Part shown: one piece after another, positions 16,456-26,978 of the stretch
How positions within the stretch are numbered: the stretch's first letter is position 1
Layout: the number at the start of each line of letters is the position of its first letter
Source: Poseidonia sp.
GTDB taxonomy: Archaea > Thermoplasmatota > Poseidoniia > Poseidoniales > Poseidoniaceae
Reading direction: 5' to 3'
Assembly: GCA_016779705.1 (NCBI GenBank)
Contig: JADHNB010000003.1
Span: 1-46,182, forward strand
DNA length: 46,182 nt
Made by a program: the position numbers and the translations under genes
The notes under the pieces: generated by a model
Database searches by the model: none
Seen by the model: the letters and a program-made list of their open reading frames with translations, nothing else
What the model was told of the DNA's origin: nothing

Positions 16456-18948
16456 TCACTCAAGCTGGTGCATGCGTGTCAAAGTTTCTGCAAAATCTGC
16501 GAGGGAATCAGGGATAGGAATGCCTGAGATGGGTTGGTTGAGGGAGACTCCGGCTTCCTTTTTCGCCCCCCAGACGTTCCCGTTGAAATCTTGCAACGCA
16601 TTGGACAATCCACACAACGCACGACCTTCGGCCGTTTGCGCTCCCACGCTCGGGAGGGGAGGGGCGGGGAAGGCGTCCACGTCCACGGAAGATTGGCCGT
16701 AGACCGTGCTCGAGATATGATGGGTGAAAAATGGACAGACCGGACTGAAAGCGGCCATGAAGTCGCGTACAATACGGTGAATGGTCCAGGTTGCTCCTGG
16801 GTCGTCGTCATACAAGCGTGATTTCACCATCTCGAGGTAATGGCTTGGCAGCAGACCTGTGCCGAAGGTCTTGAGCGCTTGCGTAGCGGTGTAGATGTCA
16901 AGGTGGGTCCAAGCGTGGTGAACGGTGTGCATCGTGGCTTGGAACTCCGCCAAAATCCATTCATCTTCGACGGCCAGCCCTTCCGGGACTTCATCCAAAT
17001 TATTTGGAGTTTCAAATTGAGAGGCGAATCGTGCGACATTGAACAGCTTCGTAAGAACACCAAAGTACTTCTTTTCAATTTCTTCAGGATTGATTTGGAA
17101 GTCGTCACCCACTTGAGCGTCGCAGGCCTTCCAAAGGCGAAAACATTCACTGCCAATTTTGTTGGCACGGAGACTGACTGAACCGTCAGGGCCCTTGATT
17201 TTCCAAGACCCTGTTCGTCCTGACGCACCGCATTCCAACACCGAATCGGCATCAATGCCGTTGCCGATGGATTTGCTCATCTTCCGACCCCATGGGTCCA
17301 TGCCCAAGCCGTCAATCCAGACGTGTTGGAACCCGGGCTGGTCGAGAACGAGCGTGGATTTGAGGAGGGTGTAATACAACCAAGTACGGACGATTTCTTT
17401 CCCTTGCGGCCGAAGGGCCGTTGGGAAGGCACGCTCAAACACCTCGGGGTGGTTCAGATAGCCCGAGACGAAGAGGTTGGAATTCGAGGAATCCATCCAG
17501 GTATCGAAGACTTTCTCTTCCCCGGTCAACTCTCCCAGCTCCGCTTTGAGGTCTTCGTATGCACCGAGGTCTTCTCGAGTGGTTCGGTCCAACACCCTGC
17601 TGCCAGTGGGCGGGTGGTCCTTCCAGGGTTGAACGTAGGTTCCGGAGGGTGGGACGACCACGAGTTGTTCATTTTGGCTGTACCAAATCGGTATTTCCGT
17701 GTGGTACCAGCGGCGACGGCTGATGGGCCAATCGATGCTGATGTTGTCCATCCAGTCCAGCAGGAATTGACGGTTTCGAGGTGGATGGAATTCGATGGCC
17801 TCAATGTGGGTTTTCATGCGATCTTGGATGTGGGTTTGACGGACGTACCATTCCTTGAGGAGAATGATTTCGACAGGGTTTTTGCCTCGTTCCGAAACGG
17901 GAATCTCTTGCTCCCGTTCAACGACGTTCAACAGGTCACCCTGACGTTCGAGCAGGTCAATGGCCGCTTGGCGGGCTTCGAGAACGGACAAGCCGGCGAG
18001 GGGGCCTGAAACCTTGGTCATGTTCCCGTCCAAATCAATGGCTTGGAACGGTGTTAAACCGAGCTCACGGAAAACAGCGACATCGTTCTGGTCTCCAAAG
18101 GAACAGACCATCAACACGCCCGACCCGAAATCGGATTTAACCGAAGGATGGGCTTGAATTTCCACTGAGGTTTCCCGGCCATGGGTTGGAAGCGGAAGGG
18201 ACACGGTTTTGCCAATCAAGTGGGCGTAACGTTCGTCGTCGGGATGAACCACCACCACGCCGCAAGCACAGATCATTTCGGGGCGTGTGGTCGAAATCGT
18301 GAGGGTCACGCCGTCATCGCATGTCCATTTCACATCAACGAGTTTGGTTTTTCGAGGCAATCGTTCAACTTCAGCATCGGCGATGGTCGTCCCTTCAACC
18401 GGGTCGTAGATGTTGGGTCGCAAATCTTCGACGATGTCGCCTTTCTTGAACAACTCCACGAAAATGGATTGAGTGACGCTGCGGTAATCCGGTGCATCGG
18501 TGAGGTATTCACGGTCGAAATCACAGGAGAGCCCGACTCGACGTGCGGTGTCTCGCATCGCTTGGGTGAACGATTCAATGGTGGTTTTGCAAAGCGCAAG
18601 GAATTCTTCCCGGTCGTAAGTTTTCATTTTCCTCTTGGTGTTCTTTTCAACCGTGAATTCGATGTTAATGCCGTTGCGGTCAACCCCCCAAGGGAAGTAG
18701 ACCTCTTTGCCCAAGAGGCGTTGGCTCCGAGCGATCACGTCGATCATGGAGTATTGGGCAACAGCGCCAATGTGCCACGTACCCGAGGGATAGGGAGGCG
18801 GTGTATCAATGACGAAGACCTCTTTTTCGCTGTCGGGCTTGAACGCGTACCGCTGATTGTATGAATCTCGGTCAGCGTAATGGGCCTCTTGAATGGTCTT
18901 TTCCAAATCGATGGACCAACGTTTTTCGGGAAGTTTTGGGTCTGGCAT
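16456..18948 (-). CDS. valS: Valine--tRNA ligase (archaeal type)
   Basis: IDTPPPYPSG-HIGA, TTRPE, DWPISRRR, FDTWMDSS, RPQGKEIVRTW, KMSKS; start MPDPKL with GGTGAGG RBS. Confidence 0.95.
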   Translation of the reverse strand: MPDPKLPEKRWSIDLEKTIQEAHYADRDSYNQRYAFKPDSEKEVFVIDTPPPYPSGTWHIGAVAQYSMIDVIARSQRLLGKEVYFPWGVDRNGINIEFTVEKNTKRKMKTYDREEFLALCKTTIESFTQAMRDTARRVGLSCDFDREYLTDAPDYRSVTQSIFVELFKKGDIVEDLRPNIYDPVEGTTIADAEVERLPRKTKLVDVKWTCDDGVTLTISTTRPEMICACGVVVVHPDDERYAHLIGKTVSLPLPTHGRETSVEIQAHPSVKSDFGSGVLMVCSFGDQNDVAVFRELGLTPFQAIDLDGNMTKVSGPLAGLSVLEARQAAIDLLERQGDLLNVVEREQEIPVSERGKNPVEIILLKEWYVRQTHIQDRMKTHIEAIEFHPPRNRQFLLDWMDNISIDWPISRRRWYHTEIPIWYSQNEQLVVVPPSGTYVQPWKDHPPTGSRVLDRTTREDLGAYEDLKAELGELTGEEKVFDTWMDSSNSNLFVSGYLNHPEVFERAFPTALRPQGKEIVRTWLYYTLLKSTLVLDQPGFQHVWIDGLGMDPWGRKMSKSIGNGIDADSVLECGASGRTGSWKIKGPDGSVSLRANKIGSECFRLWKACDAQVGDDFQINPEEIEKKYFGVLTKLFNVARFASQFETPNNLDEVPEGLAVEDEWILAEFQATMHTVHHAWTHLDIYTATQALKTFGTGLLPSHYLEMVKSRLYDDDPGATWTIHRIVRDFMAAFSPVCPFFTHHISSTVYGQSSVDVDAFPAPPLPSVGAQTAEGRALCGLSNALQDFNGNVWGAKKEAGVSLNQPISGIPIPDSLADFAETLTRMHQLE

Positions 18949-19113
18949 GTGCCTCACCTGGCCCCGCCTCGGTGAATGAGGTGGGTCCAGCCTGTCGGTA
19001 GAGGGAGGGCATTTGAATCCGTCGGAAGAGGCGCAACAAATCGTCGTGAGTCGGCTGCACGCAAAAGGTAAGGCTTTGAAGGACCCACACTTCCCACGGA
19101 CAACGGTGATACG

Positions 19114-22100
19114 ATGGATGCTGATGAGGGTGGGAAAAATCAACCCCCTTCGGATGGCCACGCGGCAACCAACGGTCGAATTGACGCGTTGGGTGAAAAG
19201 TCGAAAGCCGTTCGTGCCCAACTCTCCGGTCAACTCAAATCCATGGATTCCAAGAAGGCCTTGGACGCCGTTCTCGAAGCACCCAAACGGTTCAAGCGCG
19301 AGTGGCAAAAAAGCGGGGCTACCGGGGCCATCACCCGATTCCCCATCCCCACCATCATGGTGTTTCTGTTGCTCACGGTGTACTTTGTGACCCAATCAGG
19401 TTTCTTGGACGATACACGCTTTGACGACGACCCCAACAATCCCGCCCTGAACGTGAACGGCGATTTGGAAGTGTACTTGCCAGACGGGAGCAAAGTGGCT
19501 GAGTTGATTGGCAAGGTGGAGGAAGATTGGTCAACCAACGTGATGGTGGTCTACATTGAGTCCTCCAAATACAACATTACGGATCAGCGGATTCTTCAGG
19601 AAATCAGTTTTGTCGAAAACATCCTGAATCCATACCTCTCGGACGAGTCCGATGACGTGATTTACATTCTTTCGCTCTCAACCGTTTTGAAGGAAGTCAA
19701 TTCGAGTGCGCCCAGGATTCGAGACGCCATCATCACCGAAGTGGGTGAGTTGGGCTGCTCGAGCAATCCCGAAGATGATTGCATATCGAGGGAGTTCGCA
19801 GAAAACATCAACGAAGCTGCCCAATCAACGGACGAACAGTTTGGGGGCTCCTACGAAATTCCCAGTCAAACCACCATTGATTTGGTGATTGGAGAGATGT
19901 ACGAACAAGACGGTTCCCCCACCGCTGGCCTGAACAAACTCGCAAGGGACATTGAAGGCGGCGAAAACGGTGAGCCCGATGGTTTGTTGGACCGCGCCAT
20001 CATGGCGGTGGCCGTCACCGAGAATCGGCCCGCCAAAGACATCATTTCGGATACTCAGGAGGTGCTGGACACCCTGTCAGCGTTGGACCGCCCCTGCCGG
20101 TTTGAGGCCAACGGCGACCCCATCGAATCCGAGGGTCTGTGTGATTGGGATGATTTGGGTTTGAGCATGGTCCTCACCGGGCCGGTTCCCATCACCAACG
20201 CTGTGACCGAGTTCTCCTTCCGTTTGTTTTGGGAAATTTTCCCCATGGCGGTGGTTCTCGTGGCCATGGGTTTGTTCGTGTTTCACTCGGACCTCTTGCA
20301 GACGGGCCTCACGGGCATGCGTCCTCTTCAGGGTTTCAAGGTCGTGGTCATTGCGGGATTGCCGACCTTGTGTGCGGTTTTCTGGACTTTGGGCCTGATT
20401 GGTGCAACGAATTATGAAGTGACGATGACGGTGATTATCGTCGGTCCAATTTTGCTGGCCTTGGGTGTATCGTACGGCTTACACATTACCAATCGGTACG
20501 CTGAGGAAGAGGGGACGCGCAGCGAGAAAATGAAGGCCTCGCTGACATCAACCGGTCGCGCCGTTTTCCTTTCGGCGGTGACGACCGTCATCGGTTTCAT
20601 TTCCTTGGTGTTTACGCCCATGGCCCCCATTCAAACGGTGGGCATTGCGCTTTCGGGTGGCATCGTCATCGTTTACATCTTGACCATGTTTATGGTGCCC
20701 AACCTCACGTTGATCCTTGATTTGAAGAAACCCAAACATCCGCCCCTCAAGGCCTTTGATGTGCTGGTGGATGTGCCGGTGAAACACAACAAAGCCGTCA
20801 TCGGTGTCTTCATCATGCTCATCCTGTTGTCCGCCACCGTTGGTCAAGCCAACGTTGAGGAGAACATCGACTTGCTGGGAATGGCCCCGGAGGGCGAATC
20901 GCCCGTCGTGAAGATGAAGCAGTACAGCCAGGAATTTGAGGCGGGCCAGGTGGGCATGATTTTGGTCAACGCCAATGTAAGCGGGGATTTCAACGATAAC
21001 GACAATTCAAACGACGACCCGGTTGAAATCCTCGAGAAGATCAACAACTTGGAAGCCTCCCTCAACGAAGTGGAAAACACGACCGCCGTTTCAGTGGTGT
21101 TTTTGATGAAAGCCTCAGGTGTTCAGGTGACCGTGTCGGGTGAACAAGTGAACGAGTTGTTCCAACTCGTGCCTTGCGCCGGTGTTGATGGTTGCGAAGA
21201 CATCAAAGCTACCGCAGAGGTCTTGTTCAATCAAAGCCTTTCAGTGGACACTTCGTTCTGGGATTTGTTGACCAATCCAGATGATTTTAATCTCCCTGGT
21301 TCCCAACAAAGCCAGATTTTCCTCCTTGACGTGTTTTACGCTTCGCTCACCAAAGAGACCCGTGAAATTTTCGTGAGCGAGGATTTCAGTCGTTCCCTGA
21401 TTTACGTCGATATGCCCTTCATTCCAGTGGCTGATACGTCGAAAAGCGTTGATTCGGTGAACGAAAAGGCGGCCACCTTCCAAGGTCGCTACGGAGAAAC
21501 GGCGGAAGATTTGACCGGTGTTGCAGCGACGGCCATCGAAGTGAACGAACTCATCGTTGGTTCGCAATGGACCTCGCTTGGCTTCGCCATCATCCTCACC
21601 CTCATCACGCTGGCCGTTGTTTTCAGAGACATCCGCTACTCCATTTGGACCACGTCGCCGGTGATCGCCACGGTGGCGCTCCAATGGTTGGTAATGTGGA
21701 GGATGGACGTTCCCTTGTCCTTGGTCACCGTCATGATCGGGTCCATTTTGGTTGGCGTCGGTGTAGACTTTTCCATCCATATTGCCAATCGTATCCGTGA
21801 ACTGGGCGGTGGGATTCAAGCCATTCGCAATGCAGCGGTGGGTACGGGGATGTCCCTGTTCGAAGCGGCGGTGGTGACCTCCCTCGGTATGTTCACCGCC
21901 TACAACATTCCCATTCCTGAAATCCAGCCTTTCATCACCGTCATTTTGATTTTGCTCTGGGTCGCAGCGGCCAGTGCCCTCATTTTGCTCCCGGCCATTT
22001 TCGTTACCCTTGAGAAGATGGGCATCGGAGCGGTGAGCGGCTCGAACAACATGGCGAAAAAGTTGGGCCTTCTGCGGCTCCATGAATCAGGGATGGACGT

Positions 22101-22143
22101 GATGGAAGCCGCTCTGTTGGACGATGTGGTCGATGCTTGGTAG
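19114..22143 (+). CDS. RND/MMPL family transporter
   Basis: Two repeats of TM + large extracellular loop + 5 TM; motifs LGVSYGLHITNRY, SAVTTVIGF, GVGVDFSIHIANR. Confidence 0.9.
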   Translation: MDADEGGKNQPPSDGHAATNGRIDALGEKSKAVRAQLSGQLKSMDSKKALDAVLEAPKRFKREWQKSGATGAITRFPIPTIMVFLLLTVYFVTQSGFLDDTRFDDDPNNPALNVNGDLEVYLPDGSKVAELIGKVEEDWSTNVMVVYIESSKYNITDQRILQEISFVENILNPYLSDESDDVIYILSLSTVLKEVNSSAPRIRDAIITEVGELGCSSNPEDDCISREFAENINEAAQSTDEQFGGSYEIPSQTTIDLVIGEMYEQDGSPTAGLNKLARDIEGGENGEPDGLLDRAIMAVAVTENRPAKDIISDTQEVLDTLSALDRPCRFEANGDPIESEGLCDWDDLGLSMVLTGPVPITNAVTEFSFRLFWEIFPMAVVLVAMGLFVFHSDLLQTGLTGMRPLQGFKVVVIAGLPTLCAVFWTLGLIGATNYEVTMTVIIVGPILLALGVSYGLHITNRYAEEEGTRSEKMKASLTSTGRAVFLSAVTTVIGFISLVFTPMAPIQTVGIALSGGIVIVYILTMFMVPNLTLILDLKKPKHPPLKAFDVLVDVPVKHNKAVIGVFIMLILLSATVGQANVEENIDLLGMAPEGESPVVKMKQYSQEFEAGQVGMILVNANVSGDFNDNDNSNDDPVEILEKINNLEASLNEVENTTAVSVVFLMKASGVQVTVSGEQVNELFQLVPCAGVDGCEDIKATAEVLFNQSLSVDTSFWDLLTNPDDFNLPGSQQSQIFLLDVFYASLTKETREIFVSEDFSRSLIYVDMPFIPVADTSKSVDSVNEKAATFQGRYGETAEDLTGVAATAIEVNELIVGSQWTSLGFAIILTLITLAVVFRDIRYSIWTTSPVIATVALQWLVMWRMDVPLSLVTVMIGSILVGVGVDFSIHIANRIRELGGGIQAIRNAAVGTGMSLFEAAVVTSLGMFTAYNIPIPEIQPFITVILILLWVAAASALILLPAIFVTLEKMGIGAVSGSNNMAKKLGLLRLHESGMDVMEAALLDDVVDAW

Positions 22144-22181
22144 GCGAGCAATCCATAGACCTCATGCGCTTGGGACCGTTC

Positions 22182-22655
22182 ATGAAGCATTGGTTGATGA
22201 AATCCGAGTTGGATGTCTATCCCTTTTCGCAGTTGGTCGCTGACGGCCAAACGCATTGGGACGGTGTAAGAAATTACCAAGCGCGAAACATGATGCGAGA
22301 TGACATGAAACTCGGCGACTTGGTCTTGTTTTACCATTCAAACACCAAGCCGCCGCATGTGGCGGGCGTTGCCAAAATTGTGACTGAAGGATATCCTGAC
22401 CACACCTCTTGGGACCGTCATGGGAATTACTATGACGAAAAATCGACCCCTGAATCGCCTCGTTGGTTCATGGTTGACATCGCACCCGTACGCGAATTGG
22501 CCATGGTATCCCTCGATGCCATGCGAGAAAATCCCGCTCTTGAGGGCATGTTGCTTCTTCGGCGTGGTCAGCGACTTTCCGTCCAACCGGTGGAAGAAGA
22601 GCACTTTGCAGAGGTGGTTTCCATGGCGGGATGCACCTTGGACGACGTGAGTTGA
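22182..22655 (+). CDS. EVE domain protein
   Basis: HWLMKSE, WDGVRNYQARN, GDLVLFYHS, YPDHT, PRWFMVD, RLSVQPV. Confidence 0.93.
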   Translation: MKHWLMKSELDVYPFSQLVADGQTHWDGVRNYQARNMMRDDMKLGDLVLFYHSNTKPPHVAGVAKIVTEGYPDHTSWDRHGNYYDEKSTPESPRWFMVDIAPVRELAMVSLDAMRENPALEGMLLLRRGQRLSVQPVEEEHFAEVVSMAGCTLDDVS

Positions 22656-22665
22656 GGTGGCGTTC

Positions 22666-23874
22666 ATGGTAGGACCAATCCCTGTCTCCTCCCGTGCGGC
22701 TTCCATTGAGTACGCCATTCGTGACGTTGTGGTGCCGGCCACCGAACTCGAGGCGCAAGGCCATCGCATCCTCAAACTGAACATCGGGGACCCCATCGCC
22801 TACCCTGGCCTCCCCACGCCACCTCACATGGTTGAGGCCTACGCTGATGCTCTCCGGTCGGGTCGAAACGGGTATTCGCCCTCCTACGGACTGCCCGAAC
22901 TCCGAGCAGCGTTGGCGGACGATGAGCAACGGAAAGGGTGGCCAGCTCGACCCGAGGACATTTATGTATGCCACGGGGTTACGGAAGCCTTGCAGCTCAT
23001 CTTCGCCGCCGTTTTGGAGGAAGGGAGCAAGGTGCTTGCGCCAGGTCCGCATTATCCCCCCTACATGGCATATCCCCAGCTCTACGGTGGTGAAACGGTC
23101 GAGTACAACCTCCACGGTGACGATGATTGGAGACCAGATTTTGATGACATTGAGAAGAAAATGGACCAAAATGTTCGTCTTTTGGTGTTGATCAATCCCA
23201 ACAACCCTTGCGGCACCGTTTGCGGAAGGGATGACATCGATCGATTGTTGGGGATTGCTCGTGCCTATCCGAATTGCATCGTTGTTGCGGACGAGATTTA
23301 CGATGGCTTGGATTTCACTGGAAACCACGTATCGGTGGCCAGTCGGAGCAACGACGTCCCCGTGATTGCGCTCAACGGGGTCTCAAAAGTCTACTATGCT
23401 CCAGGCTGGAGAATCGGTTACATGGCTCTTCACGACCCGTTGGGTCGACTGACCCTCGTCCGAGACGGTCTTGAACGCCTGCTTCGTTCGCGGCTTTGTG
23501 CCTCGACGCCCGCCCAGTTGGGCTATTTGGCCGGTCTCACCGGTGACCGCACGTGGATGCAAACCTACAGTGAGCGGGTGAAGGCCCAGCGTGATTATTG
23601 CCTTCAACGAATTTCTGAAATCGATGGCCTTGAAGTGCAAACTCCCGGCGGAGCGTTTTACATGTTTGTGAAGTTGACCGACCCCAAATGGCAGGCCAAC
23701 GACAAAGAGTTCGTGTTGAGCCTCCTGCATGAAGAGAAGGTGCTGCTTGTTCACGGCAGTGGGTTTTCCCCTCAGCGAGGAAAGGGGCATGTTCGATTGG
23801 TGTACCTCGCTGAATTGGATGTGCTTGAGGATGCCTTTTCTCGAATTGAACGATTCCTAGCGAGACACCGATAA
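22666..23874 (+). CDS. Class I/II PLP aminotransferase, alanine aminotransferase-like
   Basis: IEYAIRDVV...KLNIGDP N-terminus as in archaeal AlaAT, INPNNPCG, ADEIYD, SKVYYAPGWRIGY PLP-lysine motif; GAGGTG RBS before ATG 22666. Confidence 0.9.
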   Translation: MVGPIPVSSRAASIEYAIRDVVVPATELEAQGHRILKLNIGDPIAYPGLPTPPHMVEAYADALRSGRNGYSPSYGLPELRAALADDEQRKGWPARPEDIYVCHGVTEALQLIFAAVLEEGSKVLAPGPHYPPYMAYPQLYGGETVEYNLHGDDDWRPDFDDIEKKMDQNVRLLVLINPNNPCGTVCGRDDIDRLLGIARAYPNCIVVADEIYDGLDFTGNHVSVASRSNDVPVIALNGVSKVYYAPGWRIGYMALHDPLGRLTLVRDGLERLLRSRLCASTPAQLGYLAGLTGDRTWMQTYSERVKAQRDYCLQRISEIDGLEVQTPGGAFYMFVKLTDPKWQANDKEFVLSLLHEEKVLLVHGSGFSPQRGKGHVRLVYLAELDVLEDAFSRIERFLARHR

Positions 23875-23900
23875 AGGCGCCTCATGCAGACGGAGATTTC

Positions 23901-26900
23901 ATGAAGCATCATCCTCGCACTCCATCCATGCGCTGGTCAATTCGGGCATGGATGGTTGTTCTTGCAACCTTCCTTGCCTCAACTCCTGTCCGTGCATCCA
24001 CCGTTTCGGCCAGCACGGGGGTCACCGTTGATCTGGTCGCTCCATTGGGCATCGCTTTGGTCGTCGCCATCGTGATTCGTCGTTGGTTCATTCCTCAACA
24101 ACTCAAAAATTTGCAAGTTGCGTTTGAAATCGATGACGATTTGTACGAAGTGCATCGAATCACGCGTTCCCTTAGAGATTCACGACGTTTGCTCAAAGAA
24201 GGTCGAACCGGATTCGGTGTTTTGCTGTACATGATGGGGCTGACCGGTGTCCTCATCATCATTGCAGAGTTGTTGTTTAACGCCGATGTCTTTTCCAGCA
24301 TCAACCTTTACATCGTTGGGGTGCTGATTGGTATCCCTGTCTTTGTTTCACCATGGGAATCGTTGAGCAGCCTTCTCTCGAGCAAAAAGCGAGAAACGAA
24401 GACGTCCATCGGGGCAAATCTTCTCCGCCGCTTGACCACTTTGGCTTTGTTGTTGATTGCCACCGGACTCGTTTTGGCGTACGGGTTGCGAGTTGAGGGG
24501 AGTTTGACACCTACGTGGTTGGCGTTTGGCCTCTTGGCTTTCATGGCTCCCACCATTTTTGCTTACGGTCGAATCATGGGCGCCTCTTGGAACATGCTCC
24601 TCATTAGCAAGTGGCGCACCACTCGCGGCCGAAAAAACCCAATTGACCCTGAGAAGAACGGCTTCCTTGGTCGTTTGTTTTCATTGGTTTTGGTCCTGTT
24701 CCTCCTGACAATGCCCATCACGGCCCTCAACGGAATTTTGACCGTGTTCTATGTGATGCTCAATTCGCCTCCAAATTCCGAAGAGATTCTCAATTATGGA
24801 GGCATCATTGGTTATACCATTTATTTGAACATTGATTTGATCGCTGACATTCTCTTCCAACTTGAATTCATCAAATCGTTGCCGGAAATCTTGTCGCTTT
24901 ACCTCACGATGAACATCGCCATCGTTGGTCTTGCGTTCATCTTTGAATTGACTCGGAACTTAATTCTCGGCGGTCAAACGTTCGGTGGCATGTTTGGCGT
25001 GACCCTTGATACGCCGCGTGAAATCCGAGCGGAGAAGGCTGCGCAAGCTCGTCAATTGACCTTTGCCTTCGCCGGATTTTCAGGATACACGGTTCTCCTT
25101 TTGATTCTGGTTTGTTACAAAGAATTCGGAGATTTGATGCCGTTGACCAATTGGCTTGAATCACGTGGTTTTGACGAAGAGATGCGCCTCCTCACGACCT
25201 GGCTGTTCATCGCGGTTGGCCAAGCGGTCTTTTTGTTCGCTTGGCTTCTCTCCATAAGCCGATTTGGTACCCTTCGCAAGTTACGCTTTGACCTCAATCC
25301 CGACGAGCGACGGGAGGGTGCCGTGAAACTCGCAGGTGGCGACCGCCTTCAGCACCTGGTTGAAACCGCAGCCTTCAATGAGGACATTGACCTTCTGATT
25401 CGGATTCAAACGCATGATTTCCCTGGAGATCAAGCGCTGATTCGTCAGGAGCAATCTCGTGCCTCAATGTGGGAGAAAGCCCTGAGGGGATTGTGGCCAG
25501 AAGCCATTGAAGAGAGCCGAAAATTGTTGGCGCAGACCGGTGGCGACAACGATGAGGCACGAATGATCATTGCAACAGGTTACATCGCCCTACGTCGCCT
25601 TGACGCAGCGCGTGAAGCCTTGCACGGCCTCCAGCAACCTGAAGGATACGACGAGCCTGAGATTTTGTCATTCATTTGTGAGTGGATGGATCCGTGGCAC
25701 GGTTCCGTGACCGAAGACGACCTTTGGGATTGGGAAAACAATTCGGTCATTGACCATCTCCAAATGCTGCAAAACATGATGCGGTATTGGAGTCCACAGC
25801 CAAAGGACATGATGGTTCACAACGATCGCATTTCTCAGATTGGCCAGTTGACGATGGTGGCGCTTCTTCGAGCCCAACGATTGTACGACGAGGCCCTTGA
25901 ATTGTCGCTGTCACTCGTTCGAGGCGATCCGACGGGTGTTCGGCCCCGAATTGCGACGGCCCTCTGTTTGCTTGATACCGGACAATGGTTTGATGCCAAA
26001 ACCGTGGTCGATGAGCTCATCAAGAGCGATAGCAAAGACCCGAGGGTGATGGCCCTGGGTGTAATCTTTGGATACGGGAAGAAAGGAAACGAGCACATGG
26101 AAGTGTCCTTGCTCGTTGACGACGCCAAAACAACCCGTCACTGGATGGACGCCGCTCCGGTCAACGCCTATGCTGCGCTGCTCCAGAAAGGGGGTCTTGA
26201 CGAGGCTCTCAACGCCAACGTGATGGTGGCCGCCCATGAGGCGACCCGGCGGGCGATGCCACCGCGTTTTTCTCCAAGTGTGCTCGCCAATGTGTTCCAA
26301 TATCTGGTGTTGATTCCACTCTGGGTGGTCACGGGCATCCTGACGTACCAAGAAATTGGACCCGCTGAAGGCCTTTCTGCCTTGGCCGGATTGTTGTTCA
26401 TGCATTTCTCCTACGTGCGATTCTCTAGGCAGCAGGAGCATCAAATCAAGCACCGGGACCAACGGGGCTTGATCAAGTATGCAAAACGGATGCGTCGCTT
26501 CAAAGCCACACCGCAAGTGGACAACATCCCTATCGGAAATCACCTTCTGATGAGCGGGATTTTGGTCTCTGTGAACGGGGTTGTGCTGGATGTCGGCTTC
26601 CCCGCTTGGTTGTTTGAACGCTTGCCGAAGGAATCGGAAAAGAAGGTCCGAGGCCGGTTGAAGAGGCGGGCGGTCAACCTCGAGAAAGGCCGCACTCCAA
26701 GGGTCAGCCCTCTTGGCAAAGCCTGGTGGCTCAAGCGTCCGAAGGAGCACAATGAAGACGGCCCCATGCTGGAGCGTGAGATTGGTCCGGTAGCGTATCG
26801 TGGAAGGACGAATTATGTTCGCAAGAAGGAACCTCAATCTCTGAACGCTGCGGCTGAAGGGAAGGATGAACTTGTTCAGAACCGGTTTATCCCACGAAAC

Positions 26901-26927
26901 ACCATCCGCAGCGAGCGCCTTGGTTGA
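23901..26927 (+). CDS. Large hypothetical membrane protein with TPR-like helical region
   Basis: 1008 aa: multi-TM N-terminal half, amphipathic helical repeats (e.g. EARMIIATGYIALRRLDAAREAL), two further TMs, basic C-terminal tail. Confidence 0.8.
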   Translation: MKHHPRTPSMRWSIRAWMVVLATFLASTPVRASTVSASTGVTVDLVAPLGIALVVAIVIRRWFIPQQLKNLQVAFEIDDDLYEVHRITRSLRDSRRLLKEGRTGFGVLLYMMGLTGVLIIIAELLFNADVFSSINLYIVGVLIGIPVFVSPWESLSSLLSSKKRETKTSIGANLLRRLTTLALLLIATGLVLAYGLRVEGSLTPTWLAFGLLAFMAPTIFAYGRIMGASWNMLLISKWRTTRGRKNPIDPEKNGFLGRLFSLVLVLFLLTMPITALNGILTVFYVMLNSPPNSEEILNYGGIIGYTIYLNIDLIADILFQLEFIKSLPEILSLYLTMNIAIVGLAFIFELTRNLILGGQTFGGMFGVTLDTPREIRAEKAAQARQLTFAFAGFSGYTVLLLILVCYKEFGDLMPLTNWLESRGFDEEMRLLTTWLFIAVGQAVFLFAWLLSISRFGTLRKLRFDLNPDERREGAVKLAGGDRLQHLVETAAFNEDIDLLIRIQTHDFPGDQALIRQEQSRASMWEKALRGLWPEAIEESRKLLAQTGGDNDEARMIIATGYIALRRLDAAREALHGLQQPEGYDEPEILSFICEWMDPWHGSVTEDDLWDWENNSVIDHLQMLQNMMRYWSPQPKDMMVHNDRISQIGQLTMVALLRAQRLYDEALELSLSLVRGDPTGVRPRIATALCLLDTGQWFDAKTVVDELIKSDSKDPRVMALGVIFGYGKKGNEHMEVSLLVDDAKTTRHWMDAAPVNAYAALLQKGGLDEALNANVMVAAHEATRRAMPPRFSPSVLANVFQYLVLIPLWVVTGILTYQEIGPAEGLSALAGLLFMHFSYVRFSRQQEHQIKHRDQRGLIKYAKRMRRFKATPQVDNIPIGNHLLMSGILVSVNGVVLDVGFPAWLFERLPKESEKKVRGRLKRRAVNLEKGRTPRVSPLGKAWWLKRPKEHNEDGPMLEREIGPVAYRGRTNYVRKKEPQSLNAAAEGKDELVQNRFIPRNTIRSERLG

Positions 26928-26978
26928 GCACCAACCCATGAGGTAGGGTTCAAAGACCGATTGATGCAGTTAAGGTTC

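Noticed and set aside
18949..19395. N-terminal extension of the 979-aa ValRS ORF
   Set aside because: Overlaps the divergent MMPL gene; RBS and homology support the start at 18948
22182..22655. EVE domain as part of a modification-dependent defence system
   Set aside because: Standalone EVE with no adjacent nuclease, ATPase or methylase; neighbours are housekeeping genes
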